Below are positions 36,707-45,188 of a DNA stretch of 64,000 bases, in pieces. Within the stretch, counting starts at the first letter, position 1, and each line of letters opens with the position of its first letter. The position numbers were made by a program, and so were the translations under genes. The notes under the pieces were generated by a model, which was given only the letters and a program-made list of their open reading frames with translations, did no database searches and had not been told where the DNA came from. The stretch is from Dehalococcoidales bacterium (GTDB lineage: Bacteria; Chloroflexota; Dehalococcoidia; Dehalococcoidales; RBG-16-60-22): the NCBI GenBank assembly GCA_034430755.1, contig DAOUDY010000028.1, positions 3,608-67,607 on the forward strand, in the 5' to 3' direction.

Positions 36707-38509
36707 TTACGGCTCGTTTATTTTCACGGGTATGGAAAAGCCGAAAGTGCTTCCCCTGTCCTTCTGGCTCTGCACCCATATCTGACCGCCGTGCAGTTCC
36801 ACCAGCTTCTTGGAGAGGCTTAGTCCCAGTCCCAGTCCTCTGGGGCGGGCCTTTTCTACCCCCAGTTGCTGATAGGGTTCAAAGAGCCTCTCCTGCTCCG
36901 CCTTGCTTATGCCGCGGCCGGTGTCCTGCACTTCAACCACCAGATAAGCCTCCTCTTTTTCTCTGGCCCTCACCGTGATGCTGCCTCCGGCCGGCGTAAA
37001 TTTAATGGCGTTATTGAGCAGGTTGAGCACCACCTGCCGCAGGCGTTCTTCATCGGCCTCGACGACCGGCAGTGATGGCGGCAGTTCGGCATTCAGTTTA
37101 AGCTTGTTTTTTCGGGCCAGCGGCCGGACGCTGGCCACAATGTTGCGCAGCAATTGCCTGGAATCAACCGCTCCGAGGTTAAGATGGAGCATTCCCACTT
37201 CACCGCGTGCCAGGTCAAGCAGTTCATCGATTCGCTGGTTCAGGTTGTAAGCACCCTGGTTGATATTCTGGGCCAGCTCCCTAAGCAACCCGCTCTGCTT
37301 GATTTCTTCCAGCAATAGTTCGCTGGAGGCCAGCACCGGGGTGATGGGTGTTTTGAGTTCGTGCACGAGGGCGCGGGTGAACTCCACCCTTTTATTTATT
37401 TCTGCTTCCAGGTCCTGTCGCAGCTTCTTCTCTTCTTCAAATAATTCCCGCAGTTCTGTCTCTGATTGTTCCAGAGCCGCCAGCATACCGTTAATGGTGG
37501 CGCCGAGCCTGGAGAGCTCGTCTGAGCCGGGCACTGATACCCGCGCTGACAGCTTGCCGCCGGTGCCGATGTCGCTGACACTGCGGCTCAGGTATGACAG
37601 CCGGGAAAGAATCTGCCTCTCCAGGAGCAGGAGGGTTACCACGCCAAATGTCAGGCTGACGCCGACAATGGTCAGGATGAGGTAGGATATGGCGGACTGG
37701 CCCTGATGATAGATATCTCTGGGCGTGTCCACTCTGAGCATCAAGGCCGGGTGTCCGCTGATGTCTTTGATAAGTGTGTAGCCAGCGATGGATTGCTCAC
37801 CGAGGGGCTGGACAAAAACCGGAGACGTCACCGTGATAGAGGAGCGGGCGACGGAGAAGTCGGGAGGAAGCCGGGGGTCATCGAACTGGTAAATATTTAT
37901 GGAGAGGAACGTGATTTCGGCCAGTTCGTTTATCTTGGCCGCATCGAGGTAGCGTCCCATGAGCAAAGTGCCGCGAATCGGCCCTTCATCTTCGCTGGTC
38001 AGGATGGGGTGAGAAGCAATCAGCATGGGGCTTTCGGGAAGAATGATGGTGCCAGCATAGCTGCTTTCCGTGTCCTTATGGTTGACCAGAAACTCATGGC
38101 CAGCCAGATAATCGGGGATGCTCTGCGGGAGAGGTATTGCCTCTTCATTCTTCAGGTCAAATGCTTTGCTGAAAACAATCTGGCCGGCGGAGTCAGCATA
38201 CAGCATCAGGTTCAGTCCCAGTCCAGTGAAGGTGCTGTCGGTAAGGTTCGACCTGATGTATTCTTCACTGGCATCAGCAATGAAAGCATAGGTGTCATCC
38301 CAGGCCGCCCAATCGGAAGCTGTTGTCTCCAGACTGGCAAGTTGCTGCGAGTAAGACGCCAGTACCCGGTCAACGTCACGATATGTGCTTTGCCCCTCCA
38401 GGTCGGCATAGCTTTCCAGCAGGATAGTGCGGGAGATAAAAAAGAGCAGTATTATTACCCCGTAGAATGTGCCGGCGATGATAAGCAGCGTCTTTCTGCG
38501 CAGCGTCAT
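36707..38509 (-). CDS. sensor histidine kinase with CHASE4-like extracytoplasmic domain
   Basis: 600 aa. N-terminal TM, TASDWAAWDDTYAFI (CHASE4-like), second TM, HAMP-like segment, H-box HELKTPITP, HATPase (DTGRGI...GLGLGLSL). Confidence 0.8.
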   Translation of the reverse strand: MTLRRKTLLIIAGTFYGVIILLFFISRTILLESYADLEGQSTYRDVDRVLASYSQQLASLETTASDWAAWDDTYAFIADASEEYIRSNLTDSTFTGLGLNLMLYADSAGQIVFSKAFDLKNEEAIPLPQSIPDYLAGHEFLVNHKDTESSYAGTIILPESPMLIASHPILTSEDEGPIRGTLLMGRYLDAAKINELAEITFLSINIYQFDDPRLPPDFSVARSSITVTSPVFVQPLGEQSIAGYTLIKDISGHPALMLRVDTPRDIYHQGQSAISYLILTIVGVSLTFGVVTLLLLERQILSRLSYLSRSVSDIGTGGKLSARVSVPGSDELSRLGATINGMLAALEQSETELRELFEEEKKLRQDLEAEINKRVEFTRALVHELKTPITPVLASSELLLEEIKQSGLLRELAQNINQGAYNLNQRIDELLDLARGEVGMLHLNLGAVDSRQLLRNIVASVRPLARKNKLKLNAELPPSLPVVEADEERLRQVVLNLLNNAIKFTPAGGSITVRAREKEEAYLVVEVQDTGRGISKAEQERLFEPYQQLGVEKARPRGLGLGLSLSKKLVELHGGQIWVQSQKDRGSTFGFSIPVKINEP

Positions 38510-38684
38510 ATCTTATAGCCTCTGGCAAGCATTCTAACACTGGTAACCGTGGCTATCAAGGCGGCAAGGGGATATATCGTTGGGAGTTATTCATATTATA
38601 ACTCCCGGACGGGAATGAGGGCAGGTTGACGCTGGTCTGCTTGGCAGGTAAACTATCTTATCAAACAGGTGAGCGTAATAAAGT

Positions 38685-40547
38685 ATGATCTGGTTCCGTA
38701 GGGTTATGGCCATACCCCTGGCGGTCATCTTTGTTATTCTATCGCTGCTGGTGATGCTCGCCTTCCGCGTTAATGCCACGGTTGGCAACCCGGATTTCTA
38801 CGCGGAACAGTTGCAGAAAGCGGACGTATACCACTTCATTTACGATGACGTGCTCCCGGAAGCGCTGGAGGAATCCGGGATGGGTGAGGATGGCGGAGGG
38901 GCCAGCATCATCATAACGCCGCTCCAGCCTTATCTGGTTGACGTGGTCAGGCAAACGCTGCCCCCGGAATGGCTTCAGGCACAGGTTGAGCATGCTATCA
39001 ACGAGGTGGTGCCCTATGTGTGGGGAGAGACGGCCACCTTCAGTATCAATATTCAGTTAAAGGACAGGGTGGAGGCTGGAGCGGGGGCAATAAAGAGCGT
39101 TCTGCACCGAGAAGATGTTTTCCCGGTGCTGTACGGGCAGCTCGTGGCATCGCTTGCCGGTGAGGTAACATCGGCCGAAGACGGGATGCCAGCCATGCTG
39201 GCCGTATCCGGGGAGGAAATGGAAACGATGCTGCGCCAGGTGCTGCCCGAGGACTGGCTGCTCGAGCAGATAGACGGCGCCGTCGATGAAGTGGTGCCCT
39301 ACCTCACCAAAGAGCAGGCGCATTTCGTCCTTGAGATAGATATCACCAGGCCGCTCGATGAACTGGAGGTCGTGCTGGCCGGTTTACTGTCAAGGCAGGA
39401 AGCCTACGATAGCCTGTTTGCCGAAATGCTGGCGCCGGCAATGTCGCAGAATCTGGAAGAGCTGAGCCAGCTCCCCATTGGCGTGGAGCTGACGGAGGAT
39501 GAAATCATCGCCGCTGCCAGAGAAATCATGCCACTGGAGTGGTATCAGGCGCTGGTGCATGACCTGGTCGGTCAGATATTCGCCTACCTGCGTGGGGAAC
39601 AGGATGAACTGGAGTTGACCATATCTCTGGCCGACCGCAAGCCGGAGATAGCCGGGGCGCTCAGCCAGCTGGCTGATGAGAAGATAGGGAGCGCCTTTGA
39701 TTCCCTGCCGGTCTGCACGGAGGCACATCTGCTGGAGCTGCTGTCGGACCCCTCTCTGGAAAATATCCTATGCCGTCCGGTGGATATATCATATCAGGAA
39801 TTCAAGGAACTGGTGGGCCTGGAACCGGGCGACCTGATACAGCCTCTCATTGAAGTGGGCATACCCGATGAGTGGACTTTAACTGAAGCGGAACTGAGCC
39901 AGCTATTCGGTGGTGAAGATGAAGATAATGTTCTGAGCCAGGTTCGGGAGCTGGTGCAGGAAGGCCTGGCCTTCACCGAAGAGGACCTGATAAAAGCTAT
40001 GGACACCGATGCCGTTGCTCTGGAAGATATACGGCAGCAGATAGCTGATGGCCTGACCTTCACCGAGCAGGATTTAAGGGATATGATGGGAGAGGGAGGA
40101 AATTCCGGGGCCGGCGAGCAAATGATAGCCTTTGAGCAGGTGCGTTCCAGCCTTGGAACGGCGAAAAAATGGATAAATTTTATCTGGATTGCGCCATTTT
40201 TGTTGCTGATAGCGGTCGGTGCGCTGGGTGGCCGAAGGTGGAGCAGCAAACTGCTCTGGGCGGCGGCACTGCTGGCGGTTATGGCGATTATCGCCTATAT
40301 CATCTTCGGACCGGTGTTTTCCGCCACTGCGCAGCCGATGATAGACCAGACGCTTGCCACGGGGTTCAATCAGGGTGAAGGCATAACGCTGTCAGTTGCG
40401 GAGAAGGGGATTACCCTGGCGCACAATGCCATTGACAGCTTTATCAGCGGACTTAGAAATCAGGCGATAGCCATCGTAATCGCCTCGGTGGTGCTGGTCG
40501 GTGTGGGAGTGGTACTGCATAACTGGGATAAAATCCGCAGAGATTGA
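38685..40547 (+). CDS. acidic membrane protein with three ~95-aa internal repeats, unknown function
   Basis: 620 aa. N-terminal TM, C-terminal ~4 TM. Repeats: LPPEWLQAQVEHAINEVVPYVWGETATFSINIQL / LPEDWLLEQIDGAVDEVVPYLTKEQAHFVLEIDI / MPLEWYQALVHDLVGQIFAYLRGEQDELELTISL. Confidence 0.6.
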   Translation: MIWFRRVMAIPLAVIFVILSLLVMLAFRVNATVGNPDFYAEQLQKADVYHFIYDDVLPEALEESGMGEDGGGASIIITPLQPYLVDVVRQTLPPEWLQAQVEHAINEVVPYVWGETATFSINIQLKDRVEAGAGAIKSVLHREDVFPVLYGQLVASLAGEVTSAEDGMPAMLAVSGEEMETMLRQVLPEDWLLEQIDGAVDEVVPYLTKEQAHFVLEIDITRPLDELEVVLAGLLSRQEAYDSLFAEMLAPAMSQNLEELSQLPIGVELTEDEIIAAAREIMPLEWYQALVHDLVGQIFAYLRGEQDELELTISLADRKPEIAGALSQLADEKIGSAFDSLPVCTEAHLLELLSDPSLENILCRPVDISYQEFKELVGLEPGDLIQPLIEVGIPDEWTLTEAELSQLFGGEDEDNVLSQVRELVQEGLAFTEEDLIKAMDTDAVALEDIRQQIADGLTFTEQDLRDMMGEGGNSGAGEQMIAFEQVRSSLGTAKKWINFIWIAPFLLLIAVGALGGRRWSSKLLWAAALLAVMAIIAYIIFGPVFSATAQPMIDQTLATGFNQGEGITLSVAEKGITLAHNAIDSFISGLRNQAIAIVIASVVLVGVGVVLHNWDKIRRD

Positions 40548-40748
40548 GCCCAGCCGGAAGACAGGCCTGACACCATCAGCCTTGTGCCCTTTTTCTCTTC
40601 TTCGGTTCCTTTATCTGGCGACCACGCCGGCTTTTAAAGCAGCAGCGGGCTCCCCTCCGGAAGTAGCAGGAAGGGAAACAGTATTCCTGTCCTATGGGAC
40701 ACCAGGTAACTCGTACTCCTCTGCTGCCAGTCATTGTAATTTCCTCTT

Positions 40749-41162
40749 CTAGCCGGCTATTTCCTTACCTCGATTTGATGTCGGTTGGCTCTGCGCAGCC
40801 CGCCTCAGCTTTGCCCGTATGCGCGCGACCAGCTCCAGCGGGTAGAATGGCTTCCTGATGTAATCATCGGCGCCAATTTCAATGGCATCGTGCAGAGCGG
40901 TAACTTCGTCTCTGCCGGTCAGCATAATCACCGGCACACCGGATGTCTGGCGTATCAGGTCGAGCACCTGGAAGCCGTTAAGCCCGGGCATCATGATATC
41001 AAGGATAACCAGGTTCGGCCGGTGCTTGCGCATCATAGAAATTGCGGAATCGCCCCTGGTGGTGCCCACAAAGTCAAACCCTTCTTCCTCAAGTATCCTC
41101 TTGAGCAATAGCAGTATCCTCTCTTCATCATCGACGGCCATTATGCAGGTACGCTTTTTCAT
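40749..41162 (-). CDS. single-domain response regulator (REC)
   Basis: 137 aa. IMAVDDEE...VILDIMMPGLNG...YIRKPF. Confidence 0.85.
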   Translation of the reverse strand: MKKRTCIMAVDDEERILLLLKRILEEEGFDFVGTTRGDSAISMMRKHRPNLVILDIMMPGLNGFQVLDLIRQTSGVPVIMLTGRDEVTALHDAIEIGADDYIRKPFYPLELVARIRAKLRRAAQSQPTSNRGKEIAG

Positions 41163-41199
41163 CGACTTCTCTCTTCTGTTGTCCTTTATTTTAGGGGCA

Positions 41200-41463
41200 T
41201 TAATTCGACGATAGCTTGTAGCCCGCTACCTTTGGTACCGTAACCAGTTCTGTCCAGTTGGCGATGAGTTCCGGCAGAAATGAGCCTCCCCTCTCAATCA
41301 GGATATGATTGGCGGTTAGAGGTCTGCTTCGAGCCATGAATGACGGTTCCTCCACCGCGGGCGCATTAACCATATTGGCGTTGCCGTGCAGCCTGCGAAA
41401 CTCTTTCATCATCTCATTGTGCTTTGGGAAAAAGGACGGATTGCGCTTCCAATTTACTAACAT
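41200..41463 (-). CDS. hypothetical protein (87 aa)
   Basis: ATG preceded by AAGGAGGT at 9 nt. No motif recognised. Confidence 0.45.
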   Translation of the reverse strand: MLVNWKRNPSFFPKHNEMMKEFRRLHGNANMVNAPAVEEPSFMARSRPLTANHILIERGGSFLPELIANWTELVTVPKVAGYKLSSN

Positions 41464-41500
41464 CTGGACTATACCTCCTTTTGATGTTTACCCCTGCGGG

Positions 41501-42031
41501 CTAAATCACTTCCAAATAGAACTGGGGTGAACGGGAATACGAGTCAACACTGGCATTGGTGCAGTAAAAGCAACCGCTATCAATGGTCATCCTGTATCTG
41601 GCATAACCCGGCAGCAGGAAGCTCACCTGGCCATTACGCATGGAAATAATGGTTTTGGGGATAAGCTCGCCATTACTGGCTATTGCCCTCTCCCACTCAC
41701 CCTGGCCGTTCTCAACATAGATGCCCACATCCAGAATCAGGTAGCGGTAGCAGCTGAGCAGTTGCTGGGTATTGGTCAGGTACAGTGTTACCTTGATTTC
41801 AGATGGGTTACTGGTGGCATCAATGTAAAAGAGGTCGCCGGGGTTGCTCACGCCTCCGATGGCCATGCCGAAGACGCTATAGCTGGGCATGGCTGAAGCT
41901 TCGGCGAGCTCTATCCTGACCGCGTCCTCGCCAGCCGGGTCACCGGCGCCGACGGCGTAAGCTACTGGCCAGGGGAGGAGAAGGAAGAAGACGACAAAGG
42001 GGAAAATCCGTTTCATCCATTTGTTCTGCAT
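41501..42031 (-). CDS. secreted hypothetical protein
   Basis: Start set at ATG 42031 (AAGGAGGTG 6 nt upstream): MQNKWMKRIFPFVVFFLLLPWPVAYA signal peptide, then 150 aa with no recognised family. Confidence 0.55.
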   Translation of the reverse strand: MQNKWMKRIFPFVVFFLLLPWPVAYAVGAGDPAGEDAVRIELAEASAMPSYSVFGMAIGGVSNPGDLFYIDATSNPSEIKVTLYLTNTQQLLSCYRYLILDVGIYVENGQGEWERAIASNGELIPKTIISMRNGQVSFLLPGYARYRMTIDSGCFYCTNASVDSYSRSPQFYLEVI

Positions 42032-42143
42032 CGCTGGCACCTCCTTGAGCTGTGCTATGGTTTCAGGATAATGCCAGGATGCGAAACAAAGCCTGAAGAT
42101 TTACCCTGTAGTTCTGAAGATTTCCTTAATATTTGAGGGAAAT

Positions 42144-42169
42144 AAAAAAGGCACCCGGAACGGGTGCCT
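42144..42169 (-). terminator. rho-independent terminator after the OmpR-family regulator gene
   Basis: aggcacccg-gaa-cgggtgcct: 9-bp GC-rich stem, followed on the minus strand by TTTTTTATTT. Lies 24 nt after stop codon 42193. Confidence 0.7.
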
Positions 42170-42192
42170 GTAGAGCGGCTGGCGAAAAGTCT

Positions 42193-42897
42193 CTAGGTTA
42201 TTTCTTGCCCGGAAGACGTGAACCGATAGCCAACGCCGGAGACGGTAACAATGTGTTGGGGATTTTTGGGGTCCGGCTCCAGTTTGGAGCGCAGCCGGCG
42301 GACGAAGACATGCAGATATTCCCTTTCATCCCGATATTCAGAGCCCCAGACTTTGTTCAGCAGGTGAGTATGGGTGAGCACTTTGCCCGAATTTACCGCG
42401 AGTTCCTGAAGGAGGGCATATTCAATAGGGGTCAGTTGCACTTCCATGCCGTTGCGAGTTACCTGTCTTCTGGCAAAGTTGATGACCAGGTCACCGCTGG
42501 TGACGGCAGGCACTGAGGGTGGTAAGCTGGCCGTTTTGGTGCGGCGAAGGACGGCTCTTACCCGCGCAATGAGTTCGCTGGCGCCGAAAGGTTTGACGAT
42601 ATAGTCATCGGCGCCAAGGTCAAGGCACTTTACCTTGTCTCTTTCATCGCCCCGGGCGCTGAGCATGATGATGGGAATCTGTGACCATTCGCGCAGCTGA
42701 CGGCAGACCTCAAACCCGTTCATCTTGGGCATCATGATATCCAGTATGATGAGGTCGGGTAGTTCCATCTCTATGGTGTGGAGTGCTTCTTCACCGTTGA
42801 TGGCACTGATTACCGCGTAGCCTTTCCCTTCCAGATTGGAGCGGAGAAATCTCAGGATGCTCATCTCATCATCAACTATGAGAATGCGTTTCTTCAT
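42193..42897 (-). CDS. OmpR/PhoB-family response regulator
   Basis: 234 aa. REC + winged-helix (LTPIEYALLQELAVNSGKVLTHTHLLNKVWG...VSGVGYRF). Confidence 0.9.
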   Translation of the reverse strand: MKKRILIVDDEMSILRFLRSNLEGKGYAVISAINGEEALHTIEMELPDLIILDIMMPKMNGFEVCRQLREWSQIPIIMLSARGDERDKVKCLDLGADDYIVKPFGASELIARVRAVLRRTKTASLPPSVPAVTSGDLVINFARRQVTRNGMEVQLTPIEYALLQELAVNSGKVLTHTHLLNKVWGSEYRDEREYLHVFVRRLRSKLEPDPKNPQHIVTVSGVGYRFTSSGQEIT

Positions 42898-42927
42898 CAG
42901 CTGGTAATCCTTTACCGGCAGGCCGAA

Positions 42928-43569
42928 TCAATGATTGAACTGTGACCTTTTCAGAATCTTGAGCAGGGCATCTCTGAATTCTTTGACTGTGGAAATGGGC
43001 CTCTGCAATTCCGGAGGAAGGTTTGCGAGCGGGGACTTATCGCTGGCTTCCCGCTCTGCCGCCAGTTGCTGCAGTAGTTTATGCTCTCGGGCCAGGCTGT
43101 TAACCAGTTCGGAGAACTGCTCCTGCATTCGTTTTGTCTGTAAGTTGATGTTTTGCCCGAGCTGGAGGAGTTGCTGTTTATCCTGAAGCTGTTTCTGCCA
43201 TCTCTCAATGGCCAGACGAATTTTGTGCAGCATCTCGGTCTGGTCAAACGGCTTGGTGATATAGTCGTAAGCGCCCAGCTTCATGGCCTTAACGGCGGTC
43301 TGGACATCGGAAATCGCGGTTACCATCATGACGCAGAGGTCTGGCCAATCAGTGCTTATTTTGCTCAGCACGTCGATACCGGACAGCCCGGGCATTTTGA
43401 TATCCAGCAGCACCACATCAATACTGCCATCGGCAATAAGGGACAGGGCTTCTTCGCCGTTAGACGCGGTGACAACATCATATCCGGCAGCCTGCAATAC
43501 TCGCTGTATCAGTATCCGTACCGTCTCCTCGTCATCGACCACCAGAATTTCTATGCTATCGGCAGTCAT
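42928..43569 (-). CDS. response regulator with C-terminal coiled-coil segment
   Basis: 213 aa. REC (ILVVDDEE...LLDIKMPGLSG...YITKPF), then a Gln/Leu-rich helical tail. Confidence 0.8.
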   Translation of the reverse strand: MTADSIEILVVDDEETVRILIQRVLQAAGYDVVTASNGEEALSLIADGSIDVVLLDIKMPGLSGIDVLSKISTDWPDLCVMMVTAISDVQTAVKAMKLGAYDYITKPFDQTEMLHKIRLAIERWQKQLQDKQQLLQLGQNINLQTKRMQEQFSELVNSLAREHKLLQQLAAEREASDKSPLANLPPELQRPISTVKEFRDALLKILKRSQFNH

Positions 43570-43638
43570 TTCTGCTACCCTTTTTAAAACTTAGTCTTAT
43601 AATAGCCCCATTTTTAATAGTAGTAAAGAGTGTTGCCT

Positions 43639-43671
43639 AAAATAAACGGCATTTCATTGCTGAAAATGCCG
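43639..43671 (-). terminator. probable intrinsic terminator after the aminotransferase gene
   Basis: cggcattt-(9 nt)-aaatgccg 8-bp stem, followed on the minus strand by TTTATTTT. Confidence 0.5.
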
Positions 43672-43733
43672 CCAATCTGGATAACATGAGGGCTAACCTT
43701 CATCTGTGGTCGAGACCGATATTCGGTTTCAGG

Positions 43734-44927
43734 TCAGGAACGGGCGCGATGCCGCTCGACGAAACGGGACATGCGGCGTAACGCTTCTTCAATATCGGGC
43801 AGCGAGGTGGCATAACAGCAGCGCACGTGTCCCTCGCCCTGCTGGCCGAAAAGGCTTCCGGGCATGACGATAACCTTCTCTTCCTTGAGGAGGTTCTCGG
43901 TGAACTCGTCTGACGTCATACCCGTAACCTTGATTGAAGGAAACGCATAGAAGGCTCCCTTTGGCTCGTGACATTTGAGGCCGATGTCGTTAAGGCCGCG
44001 GATAATCACCTCGCGGCGGTGACTGTATTCCGCCAGCATACGCTGGACATCGTCCTCGCCGCTTTTCAGCGCTTCCAGGGCCGCCATCTGCGCCATGCTG
44101 GACGGGCTGAGCATGGTATGCTGGTGCACCTTGCTGATGGCCGCCATGATTTCCGCTGGTCCGGCGGCATAGCCCAGACGCCAGCCGGTCATGGCGTAGG
44201 CTTTGGAGAAACCATCGAGGAGGATGGTGCGCTCCTTCATTCCCGGCAGGCTTGAGAAACAGGTATGTTCCACTCCATAGGTCAGGCGACTGTATATCTC
44301 ATCCGAGATTACCAGCAGGTCATGTTTTTCCGCCACTCTGGCAATGGCGGTATATTCCTCGCGGGCCAGTTCAGTACCCGTTGGGTTGGCCGGGTAACCG
44401 AAGAGGAGTACCTTTGTCTTCGGGGTAATCCTGGCCTCAATCTGGTCAGCCTCCAGTTTGAAGTCGTTATCCGGTCTGGTGGGTATGGTGACCGGTATGC
44501 CCTGCGCCAGGACGATGCAGGAGGGGTAACAGATGTAATAGGGGTCAGGCATGATAACCTCATCGCCGGGGTCGATAAGCGTTCTGAAGGCCAGGTCCAT
44601 AGCCTGGCTGGAGCCGACGGTAATGACGATTTCAGTCTCCGGGTCGTATTTGATGCCGTAGCGCTTTTCCAGATGCCCGGCCACGGCTTGGCGCAGTTCG
44701 GGGAACCCCGTCGTGGGCGTATAGGAGGTGATGCCCTTCTTCATGGCGTCAATGCTGGCCTCGCAGATGTGCCAGGGCGTGGCAAAGTCAGGCTCGCCGA
44801 TGCTCAGGGAAATGCCGCCTTCCAGTGAGTGGAATAATTTCAAAAATTTGGCGAAGCCGATGTCGGATACTTGAGCCACCCGCTCCGCGATCCTTTTCTT
44901 GTGCCCTGCGGCCTGTCCTTCAGCCAT
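43734..44927 (-). CDS. class I/II pyridoxal-phosphate aminotransferase (aspartate aminotransferase-like)
   Basis: 397 aa. GEPDF, NPTG, SFSKAYAMTGWRLGY (PLP-Lys motif). Confidence 0.9.
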   Translation of the reverse strand: MAEGQAAGHKKRIAERVAQVSDIGFAKFLKLFHSLEGGISLSIGEPDFATPWHICEASIDAMKKGITSYTPTTGFPELRQAVAGHLEKRYGIKYDPETEIVITVGSSQAMDLAFRTLIDPGDEVIMPDPYYICYPSCIVLAQGIPVTIPTRPDNDFKLEADQIEARITPKTKVLLFGYPANPTGTELAREEYTAIARVAEKHDLLVISDEIYSRLTYGVEHTCFSSLPGMKERTILLDGFSKAYAMTGWRLGYAAGPAEIMAAISKVHQHTMLSPSSMAQMAALEALKSGEDDVQRMLAEYSHRREVIIRGLNDIGLKCHEPKGAFYAFPSIKVTGMTSDEFTENLLKEEKVIVMPGSLFGQQGEGHVRCCYATSLPDIEEALRRMSRFVERHRARS

Positions 44928-45188
44928 AGTTCTTTTGCCCTTCCTCGGTTAGTTATATGACGCAGGATATCGAGATACAAATTAAGCATCCTTGCGGATT
45001 TTGGAATTGTACCGGTACCGTTAAGATTATAATGAGAGACGGGCGAAATGACAAATGCAAGGGTTTATATTTTGAGAACCAACTGAAAAATGCGGTATGA
45101 TTAGCAGTAGGTGAGAAGAAAAAAGAGTTAAAATCACTGATACAGGTGTTTTAAATTGTCTATCGCATGGCAGGAGTAATCAGACGCA

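Noticed and set aside
40548-40748. 200-bp gap after the 620-aa protein gene, examined for a small gene or terminator
   Set aside because: I found only a weak imperfect hairpin followed by a T-rich run (ggcctga...tcagcc ttgtgcccttttt). The candidate minus-strand ATG ORF has no SD and a Cys/Arg-rich nonsense translation.
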